Assembly: GCA_964459005.1 (NCBI GenBank)
Contig: CAYWOW010000001.1
Location: 8,218 to 72,217 of the forward strand
DNA from: an uncultured Acetobacteraceae bacterium
Lineage (GTDB): Bacteria > Pseudomonadota > Alphaproteobacteria > Acetobacterales > Acetobacteraceae
Reading direction: 5' to 3'
DNA length: 64,000 bases
The notes beneath the pieces are model-generated. The model was not told where the DNA came from. It saw nothing but the letters and a program-made list of their open reading frames with translations, and did no database searches. Positions 10,787 to 19,165 of this stretch are shown in pieces (the first letter of the stretch is position 1; every line of letters begins with the position of its first letter). Position numbers and translations under genes: made by a program.

Positions 10787-11430
10787 ACGCGCCGGTGTCC
10801 GCCGACGGCGTGCAGTACGTCGCCAAGAACATGCGGCTCGATCAGCGGCTGATCGCCGAGATGGTGGTGTCCGGCTCGCGGGTGCTCGACATCGGTTCGG
10901 GCGACGGCACGTTGATCGACTATCTCTACCGCACCCGCGGTTGCGATGCCCGCGGCATCGAGATCGACATGGCCGAGGTGACGCGCGCGGTCGCGCATGG
11001 GCTGCCGGTGATGCACGGCGATGCCGATACCGACCTGGCGCAGTATCCCGACGGCGCGTTCGACTATGTCATCCTTTCGCGCACCCTGCAGGCGGTGGGG
11101 CGGCCGCGCGAGGTGCTGCGGCAGATGCTGCGCATCGGCGAGCGGGCGATCGTCAGTTTTCCGAACTTCGGCCATTGGCAGTTGCGTTGGCAACTGTTCT
11201 GGCTCGGCCGCATGCCGATGACCTCGGTGTGGGGCCGGCCCTGGCACGAAACGCCGAACATCCACCCCTGCACCATCCGCGACTTCTTCGTGCTGTGCGG
11301 CGAGGAGGGCTATCAGGTGGAGAAGTGGCTGGCGGTGGACGATGCCGGGCAACGCTCGCCCTGGCGACGCTTTCTTGGCCTCGCCAACCTGTTCGGCGAA
11401 CAGGCGTTGTTCCTGCTGAGGAAGATCTGA
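10783..11430 (+). CDS. metW: Methionine biosynthesis protein MetW (SAM-dependent methyltransferase fold)
   Basis: Starts MNAPVS with ATGA overlap on the metX stop. [44 protein letters not shown]. Confidence 0.93.
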   Translation: MNAPVSADGVQYVAKNMRLDQRLIAEMVVSGSRVLDIGSGDGTLIDYLYRTRGCDARGIEIDMAEVTRAVAHGLPVMHGDADTDLAQYPDGAFDYVILSRTLQAVGRPREVLRQMLRIGERAIVSFPNFGHWQLRWQLFWLGRMPMTSVWGRPWHETPNIHPCTIRDFFVLCGEEGYQVEKWLAVDDAGQRSPWRRFLGLANLFGEQALFLLRKI

Positions 11431-11542
11431 TTCGATTCGTATGATTCTGTGCGGCTTCAGCGCGGAGCCTATCTCGCGTCGCGTATGGAACGCCCACGAA
11501 AGAAATCAGAGCGCGGCATCCGGAAGAAAAATAATTACAGGA

Positions 11543-11570
11543 CGAGCCGCGGGAGAAACCGCTTGGCTCG
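11543..11570 (-). terminator. Possible intrinsic terminator hairpin after the 593-aa gene
   Basis: CGAGCC-GCGG-loop-CCGC-TT-GGCTCG immediately past the stop at 11573. The T-rich tract on the minus strand follows only after about 7 nt. Confidence 0.3.
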
Positions 11571-11572
11571 CA

Positions 11573-13354
11573 TCAACACAGAGACTTCTGCGCGAGGCGG
11601 GCCCGCCCGCGCGCAGCGGCGATCCAGGCAGCCTCGACGAAGGCGATCGCACATTGCCGGTTGTAGGCGTCGGAAAACGGCGCGTCCCCGGACACCGAAA
11701 CATAAGCCTCGCGATAGCCACAGCCCTTTCGGACATAGTACCCGGCCTTGGCGACGAACGCGGCGATATCGGCGCAGACATTGGAGGTCGGGACGAAGTT
11801 CGTCGCGTCGGTATCGCTGAAGACCAGTACCGGTAGCTGGTCGGTTATCGCGAGCCCCATGCCGCGCGCGCCGCCTTTCTGCGGCGGGTTCACCACCAGG
11901 TCGCAGGCCTGCATCGTGGCGCGCAGATCCTGCGCGAAGTCGATGACGCGCAGGCGCGCGCGGTCCGGCTGCACGCCTGCACGGGAGAACCAGGCATCGA
12001 TCCCGTCCGGCGTCTCGCCAATCAGGAGCAGCGACAGGGCAGGATAGGCGACCTGCAACTCCACCAGCGCAACCGCAAAAGCCTTTGAAAGCTCTGCCTT
12101 GTTTTCGCTGATGAGACGGCGAGGAAACTCCTTTGCCACCACGGCCACGACATAGCTATCCTCGGCAAACCCGAGTTCCGTCTTGGTTACCGGCGCGATA
12201 ATGGGGAACGACGTTTGTGGCAGCGGGGCCAAAACGCAATGGAATTCGCGCTGCCGCTGCTCCGAGACCGACCCGTTGGGCACGAGCACGTCGCAATGGC
12301 GAATGAAACCCGAACCATTGACGACCTCGATCTGCAGCAGCGGCGACAACTCGTAGAGCACAGTCTCGAGGAACGAAGCTTGCCGCTCCAGGCAGGTTAC
12401 GTACACATCCGGGCGCAGGACATCGATGTCCCTTGCGATGGTACCGACATAGTCCTCGGTCTCCTCCCAGCAGTTGACGTAGCGGAAGTCGATTTTCTCG
12501 GCCAGCGCGTTCCCCTCGTTGCCAAAATGCACCTTCATCAAGTCGCCCAACTCACCATCCGGGGGGTCCCATATCGCCGGCATGCGAGCATGATCATAGC
12601 CAAGCGTAATCCGGTAGACCCGGACCGTGATCCGGACCTGGGTGTATTTGGCGAGCACGTAGAAGTAGTCGCAGTAAAGCTTGGTCAGAGTGTTCAGCCG
12701 ATCGATCACGAAGTCGTCCATGGCGAACAGCAGATGGAGAGTAGGTGTGGTCCCACGCAGTGCGGTGCACCGCTCGCGGATGAGCGAATCGACCATCTCC
12801 GCGAGATCGGGCGCGCGTCTGCCCGGCGGCTTCCGCTGCAAGGCCTGGCGGGCTTCCGCGGGAATTGGTCCATGGTCGGACAGGCTCCAGAGCTGGCTCG
12901 AGGCCGTCAGGAACGACCGCATCGCTATCAGCAACGGCCCGTCCAGCATGCCTCGCTTGGCGCGCTCGTCGAGATAACGCCGGAACAGGATCGTCAGGTC
13001 GTCGTATTCTCCGGCGACAAACGAGAACATGATGTAGAAGGACAACGTCTCGCTGGTGAGCGCCGGGCGAGGCCCGAACCTGTTGCGCAGTGCGGTCAGC
13101 ACCCGCATCCTATCCTCGAAATGCTCAACACAGATCCCGATCAGTCGGCCTGCCAGCACTGAGAAGAACGTCTGATCCTTCACGTAACCCATCATGTTGG
13201 CATACATCTGAAAGACCAGCTCGATGTCGCGCTGGCCAGGATCCGTTATGTCTTCAAATATCGGCGCCCCTCGCAATTCCATAAAAAATTCGTTTGCCTT
13301 GACTTTCTGGGCAAGCATATCGATCAAATTACCAATTGGAGTCTTGAAAGGCAT
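11573..13354 (-). CDS. Hypothetical protein with a C-terminal GT-B glycosyltransferase-like domain
   Basis: 593 aa with an AAGGA RBS and lower GC. C-terminal ELGFAEDSYVVAVVAK and FAQDLRATMQACDLVVNPPQKGGARGMGLAITDQLPVL resemble the donor-binding lobe of GT-B enzymes. Confidence 0.6.
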   Translation of the reverse strand: MPFKTPIGNLIDMLAQKVKANEFFMELRGAPIFEDITDPGQRDIELVFQMYANMMGYVKDQTFFSVLAGRLIGICVEHFEDRMRVLTALRNRFGPRPALTSETLSFYIMFSFVAGEYDDLTILFRRYLDERAKRGMLDGPLLIAMRSFLTASSQLWSLSDHGPIPAEARQALQRKPPGRRAPDLAEMVDSLIRERCTALRGTTPTLHLLFAMDDFVIDRLNTLTKLYCDYFYVLAKYTQVRITVRVYRITLGYDHARMPAIWDPPDGELGDLMKVHFGNEGNALAEKIDFRYVNCWEETEDYVGTIARDIDVLRPDVYVTCLERQASFLETVLYELSPLLQIEVVNGSGFIRHCDVLVPNGSVSEQRQREFHCVLAPLPQTSFPIIAPVTKTELGFAEDSYVVAVVAKEFPRRLISENKAELSKAFAVALVELQVAYPALSLLLIGETPDGIDAWFSRAGVQPDRARLRVIDFAQDLRATMQACDLVVNPPQKGGARGMGLAITDQLPVLVFSDTDATNFVPTSNVCADIAAFVAKAGYYVRKGCGYREAYVSVSGDAPFSDAYNRQCAIAFVEAAWIAAARGRARLAQKSLC

Positions 13355-13484
13355 TATTTGATCCTTTGTCTTGTTGCTGCCCGCGTTGCCTACCAGGAAT
13401 CACTCAGACTCGAAAGGAAAATGTGCTCACGGAGAGGCAGCGCGGGACGCCGACAACGTACGGCGCTGGCCTCCTGGTCAGCCA

Positions 13485-14354
13485 CTACCGGGGCCGTGCG
13501 GCGAAGACAAAGATCGCCGGGCCATCGGCTGCTGTAATGCCGGCACGGAGCGAGGAAATCAGCACGATCTCGGCTTGCCAGAAACCGGCGGCGCGCGCCA
13601 TATCGACGATATCCCAGGCCGGCACCTGAAACACCAGCGACCCGCCGGTCGCGTCCATCGGGTTGCCGTGGAATTCCTTTTCCATAAGGTACTCGATCGA
13701 ACCGTCGGGCCGCATGCGCGCCTTCGTCATCGACGTTTCGACGAAGGGTAGGAATGGGAAGGTGGCGAGCAGCGTGCCGCCGGGGCGGGTCACCCGCGCC
13801 AGCTCCCGCAGCGCTGCCGGCAGGTCGGGCAGGTGCTCGAAGACCTCGTTGCTGATGACGACGTCGAAGGCGTCGTCCTGATAGGTGAGGTTGGCGAGGT
13901 CCTGGTGCTCGACCGGCCTGATGCGCTTCCGCTCGACCTCGGTCGGCGCGTATTCGCTGCCGACAAAGCGCGGAAAGCGCTTCCGCAGTCGACTGGCGAA
14001 GTCGGTAATGCCTTCGGTCGCGTAGACCGTCGCGTTGCCGGCATCAGCCGCCGCCGACAGCGTTGTCAACAGGTCGAGCACGGCGCGCTGGCGCGGATTC
14101 AAACCGTCGGCGAGCAGGGACTCGCGATAGTTCAGGTCGGTGCAGCGCACCTCCGAGGGGGCCACCCGACCCACCCAGGCCCCGGTGATGCCCTGCGCCA
14201 ACGCCTGCCCGGCAATCTGCCGCGCGCGTGCCGGCAGATGAATCCAGGGGTTCGCGGCGGACCAGTTCCGCAGCGCCGCGAGGCTGCGGAAGGTGCGGAC
14301 CGTGTAGTCCGACCCGAGACAATCGTCCGGGAAAAGTGCAACCGCATCATCCAT
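13485..14354 (-). CDS. Class I SAM-dependent methyltransferase of the glycan-cluster type
   Basis: HQDLANLTYQDDAFDVVISNEVFEHLPDLPAALRELARVTRPGGTLLATFPF and EFHGNPMD. Confidence 0.85.
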   Translation of the reverse strand: MDDAVALFPDDCLGSDYTVRTFRSLAALRNWSAANPWIHLPARARQIAGQALAQGITGAWVGRVAPSEVRCTDLNYRESLLADGLNPRQRAVLDLLTTLSAAADAGNATVYATEGITDFASRLRKRFPRFVGSEYAPTEVERKRIRPVEHQDLANLTYQDDAFDVVISNEVFEHLPDLPAALRELARVTRPGGTLLATFPFLPFVETSMTKARMRPDGSIEYLMEKEFHGNPMDATGGSLVFQVPAWDIVDMARAAGFWQAEIVLISSLRAGITAADGPAIFVFAARPR

Positions 14355-14449
14355 TGGTTCACCCGATAGCCTGCCAGCGGATCCGGGGCAACGCCTCCGC
14401 GGTGCCGTCCGCGGAATGGACTGCCAGCGGCACGGGCGAGAGGAATATT

Positions 14450-14477
14450 GTTATTTTTAATAACTTTTCACTTGACT
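14450..14477. promoter_or_regulatory. AT-rich palindrome GTTATT-TTT-AATAAC next to a TTGACT -35-like hexamer
   Basis: Perfect 6-3-6 inverted repeat at 14450-14464 and TTGACT at 14472-14477, in the divergent intergenic region. Confidence 0.35.
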
Positions 14478-14601
14478 GGAGATGCCGACCCAGAATAAAG
14501 TCCTATCGATCAGAGCCGATAATCTGCATGAAAAATGATGGCCGCCGCCGATGGCTACGTTAGCGTATGTTAGATAAACACCCCGATCCAGGAGATTCTG
14601 C

Positions 14602-14961
14602 GTGTCCAACTCCCTCGCGTGGATGAACAACATGCTCGGCACCGGCAGCAATGCGCCGGTACGGGCAACGCCGCCTCTGCCGAGCAAGCCGGTCGGTCCG
14701 TTGGTCCAGCAGGTCGCGATGGCGAACATCCCCGTCACCGTGTTCGCCGCCGGCAGCATCGTCAATGTCGCCGACATCATCAACCCGACGACCGCGACCG
14801 AACCACTCTATATCGATATCGTCGCGCCCGCCCTGGCCGGTTCCGCCACCTCGGTTCCGCTGCTTCCCGGGCAAGCCTATCGGGTTTCCAGCCCGATCTG
14901 CACGGCGCTCACGGCGGTCGCGGCAACCGCCGGGCATGCCTTCGTCGCGGTGAGTTACTGA
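14602..14961 (+). CDS. Hypothetical 119-aa protein, possibly a phage-tail-associated beta-rich protein
   Basis: GGAG RBS 7 nt before GTG. Rich in Ala/Val/Pro/Thr. Only 3 bp separate it from the downstream tailspike-like gene. Confidence 0.6.
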   Translation: MSNSLAWMNNMLGTGSNAPVRATPPLPSKPVGPLVQQVAMANIPVTVFAAGSIVNVADIINPTTATEPLYIDIVAPALAGSATSVPLLPGQAYRVSSPICTALTAVAATAGHAFVAVSY

Positions 14962-14964
14962 CCG

Positions 14965-16719
14965 ATGCACCTCCTGAGACCTTTTTTTGTCCTGCTTGCC
15001 GCCCTCGGCATACCCGGGTCCGCCGGTGCGCAAGTCACGCCGCCGCCGGTACAATCGGCAACCGTCACGGCGCTCGGCAGCACCGCGCCCCGCTCTCTGG
15101 CCGCCCGCTTCGCCGACACAATCAATGTCCTGGATTTCGGGGCAAAGTGCGATGGCAGCACCGACGACACGGCGGCATTCCGCGCAGCCCTGGCGCTGAC
15201 GTCACCGACGACCATCCGCATCCCAACCGGGACGTGTCGGATCAGCGGTGCCGCGCTGACGGCCGCTTCGGCGGTGTCGCTGGTGGGCGATGGGCGCGGC
15301 GTGTCGATCATCCAACTCGCTCCAGGTGCCGCGACGAGCGGCGCGGTGTTCTCTTGGTCTGGATACAGTAACGTTACGATCAGCAACCTCACACTTGACC
15401 TCAACGGAGCTTCGGCGTCGCCAACAGTGCTTACCGGAGCGATATCTATCACTGGTGGCTCCGGGCATGATATTGAAGACGTGGCAGTTATCAATGGCGG
15501 ATCGTCCTATTGGCTGCTGCTTGCCCTAGACGGCGTTTCTGACACTACTATTCAGGACAACTTGCTTGCACTGGCCGCCGCTCATACGACACAAAATCAA
15601 GGCATAAACGTTTCCTGTGCATATTCAGCTTCAAACAACGTTCATATTACCGGAAATGTGCTGGTCAGCACTGGCATAGAAACTTGCATTGATGGCGGCG
15701 AGATCAGCGGGAACGACATTTCCGGCTTCGCTTTTGGCACTGGCATCGCGACCGAGGCCAGCCCTTTCGCCACAAACATCGCAATCACCAACAACCGCAT
15801 CTACGACGGCGCGACCACAACCGATTCTAACGACACCGCAAGCGGCGGGGTCGAGAACTGGGCGCCGAATTGCGTAATATCGAACAATCTCATCTGGGGG
15901 AACGGCGGCGTCGGTATCGACCAGGGCGGCCAAAACTGCTCAGTAATTGGCAATGTCACTTGGGGAAATGGCCGGCGTACAGATGGCGGCGGTGGCTCGG
16001 GCATTGATATTCGCTACGCCAACTCGACATACAACGGGAACGGTAGCCTCGTCGCCGGAAACATCTCCTTCGGGAATGGTAACGCCAGCGGCGCCGGGCG
16101 AGGTTACGGCTACAACGAGCAATCTTCCAGTCTGACCGGTATCGTCTTTGGTATAAACTCTTGGGCTGGGCCGCAGGGCGCGACATCCATCCTTGGCACC
16201 CCGGCGATATCCTCCATGCCTGCGGGGCTTGCGGTCGCGGGCAACGAGACGGTCGGCGGCACGATCACGGCAAGCGGCACCAACAGCCTCGTGATGGCCG
16301 GCAGCAGCGGGTGGCCTACCATCACTTCGGGGGCGGGCGTGGTTGTCAACTTAACTGGGGCGAATGTAGGACTCTACGCCACCAATCAGGCCGCCGAAAA
16401 TTACGTAAGCATCATCCCGGCGGCCACGGGCGGCGCCGACAATCCTGCTACGCAGGCCGGTGACAATCTTTTGAGTTTTAGCGCCGGTAGCCCTGGAACA
16501 GGCGTTCTGACGATTGCTCCGTATTCAGGTCCTGTCACGCCATACCTTCGCATGACGACGACGCTCACTACGCTGGGAAATGCGGTTGCACTCACACCCA
16601 CCACGCCGGCCGGCAGTTCGGCGGCCTGCACCGCCGGCCAGATCGCGGTGGATGCCAACTACGTCTACGTCTGCACCGCGCCGAATGCGTGGAAGCGCGC
16701 GGCGCTGGCAGGCTGGTGA
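14965..16719 (+). CDS. Tailspike-like right-handed parallel beta-helix protein (pectate-lyase-3-like N-terminus) with predicted signal peptide
   Basis: MHLLRPFFVLLAALGIPGSAGA-Q leader; RSLAARFADTINVLDFGAKCDGSTDDTAAFRAA; repeated I-x-x-N-x-I beta-helix turns; C-terminal GQIAVDANYVYVCTAPNAWKRAAL. Confidence 0.75.
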   Translation: MHLLRPFFVLLAALGIPGSAGAQVTPPPVQSATVTALGSTAPRSLAARFADTINVLDFGAKCDGSTDDTAAFRAALALTSPTTIRIPTGTCRISGAALTAASAVSLVGDGRGVSIIQLAPGAATSGAVFSWSGYSNVTISNLTLDLNGASASPTVLTGAISITGGSGHDIEDVAVINGGSSYWLLLALDGVSDTTIQDNLLALAAAHTTQNQGINVSCAYSASNNVHITGNVLVSTGIETCIDGGEISGNDISGFAFGTGIATEASPFATNIAITNNRIYDGATTTDSNDTASGGVENWAPNCVISNNLIWGNGGVGIDQGGQNCSVIGNVTWGNGRRTDGGGGSGIDIRYANSTYNGNGSLVAGNISFGNGNASGAGRGYGYNEQSSSLTGIVFGINSWAGPQGATSILGTPAISSMPAGLAVAGNETVGGTITASGTNSLVMAGSSGWPTITSGAGVVVNLTGANVGLYATNQAAENYVSIIPAATGGADNPATQAGDNLLSFSAGSPGTGVLTIAPYSGPVTPYLRMTTTLTTLGNAVALTPTTPAGSSAACTAGQIAVDANYVYVCTAPNAWKRAALAGW

Positions 16720-16758
16720 CAGGACGGAGTCTGGCGTGCGCCCGCCGGCGGACGTAAC

Positions 16759-16786
16759 GTCGGATCACGGTGCGCCGTGATCCGAC
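16759..16786. repeat. Perfect 12-bp stem hairpin GTCGGATCACGG-TGCG-CCGTGATCCGAC
   Basis: Read directly from the sequence. No poly-T on either side. Confidence 0.8.
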
Positions 16787-16805
16787 CGGCGCGGAGGAGA
16801 CCCGC

Positions 16806-17495
16806 ATGTTCACCCTGAATGAGCTTCCCCCCCAGATCGACCCCGATCTCATCGCCCTGCTGCAGTCGGCGGAGCCGGCCACGATCGGGCATTTTCTCGA
16901 CTTCGGCTTCGTCGATCCCGCCATCCACGCCCTGTTCCAGGTCCCCCGCATTGCCGGCACCGCCGTCACCGTGCGTTTCGCCGGCTTCGACGGCACGATG
17001 ATGCACTACGCGCTCGGCCAGATCCGGCCGGGCGACGTGCTGATCGTCGACCGCTGCGGCGACACCCGCCACGCCGCGGTCGGCGGCGGCGTTGCCTTCG
17101 CCGCCAGGGCCGCCGGCGCGAAAGCCATCATCATGGACGGCATGGCCACCGATATCGGCGAAATCCGCGACTACGCGCTGCCGGTCTGGGCGAGGGGCCT
17201 GTCGGCGGTGACCACCAAACTGCGCTTCCTGCACGGCGAGTTCTGCGTGCCCGTCACCATCGGCGGCGTGCCGGTCGCCCCCGGCGATGCCGTGCTGGCC
17301 GACGAGAACGGCGTGCTCGTGCTCAAGCCGCACCAGATCAGGGAGGCCGCCGAGCGCGCCATCGCCATGCAGAAGGCGGAAGGTCCCCGGCTGGCCGAGG
17401 TCGCCAAGGGCCATCGCCTGCCCGACCTGAACGGCACCAACGCCCGCATCCGCGAGATCATGGCGACCAAGCAGCCGCCGGTCAGCAGCATCTAA
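16806..17495 (+). CDS. RraA/HMG-aldolase family protein
   Basis: GAGGAG RBS before MFTLNE. IAGTAVTVRF, RPGDVLIVD, AAVGGGV, IIMDGMATD, IGGVPVAPGDAVLADENGV. Confidence 0.85.
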   Translation: MFTLNELPPQIDPDLIALLQSAEPATIGHFLDFGFVDPAIHALFQVPRIAGTAVTVRFAGFDGTMMHYALGQIRPGDVLIVDRCGDTRHAAVGGGVAFAARAAGAKAIIMDGMATDIGEIRDYALPVWARGLSAVTTKLRFLHGEFCVPVTIGGVPVAPGDAVLADENGVLVLKPHQIREAAERAIAMQKAEGPRLAEVAKGHRLPDLNGTNARIREIMATKQPPVSSI

Positions 17496-17516
17496 CCTGC
17501 CGACCGGCGCGCCGGC

Positions 17517-18539
<1,023 letters not shown>

Positions 18540-18579
18540 CTATCCCTTTCGTTATGTGTCTCGTGTTGGGGGCGACGGC

Positions 18580-19113
18580 TCAGATCACCCGTGTGCCCCG
18601 CGCGATGGCGACGACCCCGGTGCGGGAAACCTCGGCCAGACCGAGCGGCTGCATCAGGGCCACGAAGGCGTCCAGCTTGTCGGTCGAACCGGTCATCTCG
18701 AATACGAAGCTTTCCGTGGTCGCGTCCACCACCCGGGCGCGGAATGCGTCGGCCAGGCGCAACGCCTCGGCGCGGTCGCTGCCGCCGCTGCCATGGTGCG
18801 GGCAGATCACCTTGATCAGCGCCATTTCGCGCGCCAGGTACGGCCCGTTCTTGCTGAGGTCGGACACCCGGTGCACCGGCACCAGGCGGTCGAGCTGCGC
18901 CTTGATCTGCTCGATCACCATTTCGGTGCCCGAGGTGACGATGTTGATGCGGCTGCGGTTGCCGCCGTCCTCGACCGCGGCGACGGTCAGGCTGTCGATG
19001 TTGTAGCCGCGGCCGGAAAACAGGCCGACCACCCGGGCGAGAATGCCGGGTTCGTTGTCCACCAGCACGGCGATGGTCGCCGTCCGGAACGAATTCAGTT
19101 GGGAGTCGGGCAT
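18580..19113 (-). CDS. ilvH: Acetolactate synthase small (regulatory) subunit
   Basis: ACT domain LVDNEPGILARVVGLFSGRGYNIDSLTVA, EQIKAQLDRLVPV, REMALIKV, EVSRTGVVAIARG. Start at MPDSQL. Confidence 0.94.
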   Translation of the reverse strand: MPDSQLNSFRTATIAVLVDNEPGILARVVGLFSGRGYNIDSLTVAAVEDGGNRSRINIVTSGTEMVIEQIKAQLDRLVPVHRVSDLSKNGPYLAREMALIKVICPHHGSGGSDRAEALRLADAFRARVVDATTESFVFEMTGSTDKLDAFVALMQPLGLAEVSRTGVVAIARGTRVI

Positions 19114-19165
19114 TGCGGTCTCGATTCTGGCGCGGGGAAAATCCGGTGCGGCGATACGGCGAGGG

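Noticed and set aside
11431-11572. att-like duplication of the metW 3' end at the other border of the 11.4-16.8 kb island
   Set aside because: I found no copy of the metW terminal sequence near 16720-16805 or in the internal spacers.
14371-14430. 10-bp direct repeat CTGCCAGCGG at 14371 and 14421
   Set aside because: Short and GC-rich, so plausible by chance. It does not bracket any recognisable element.
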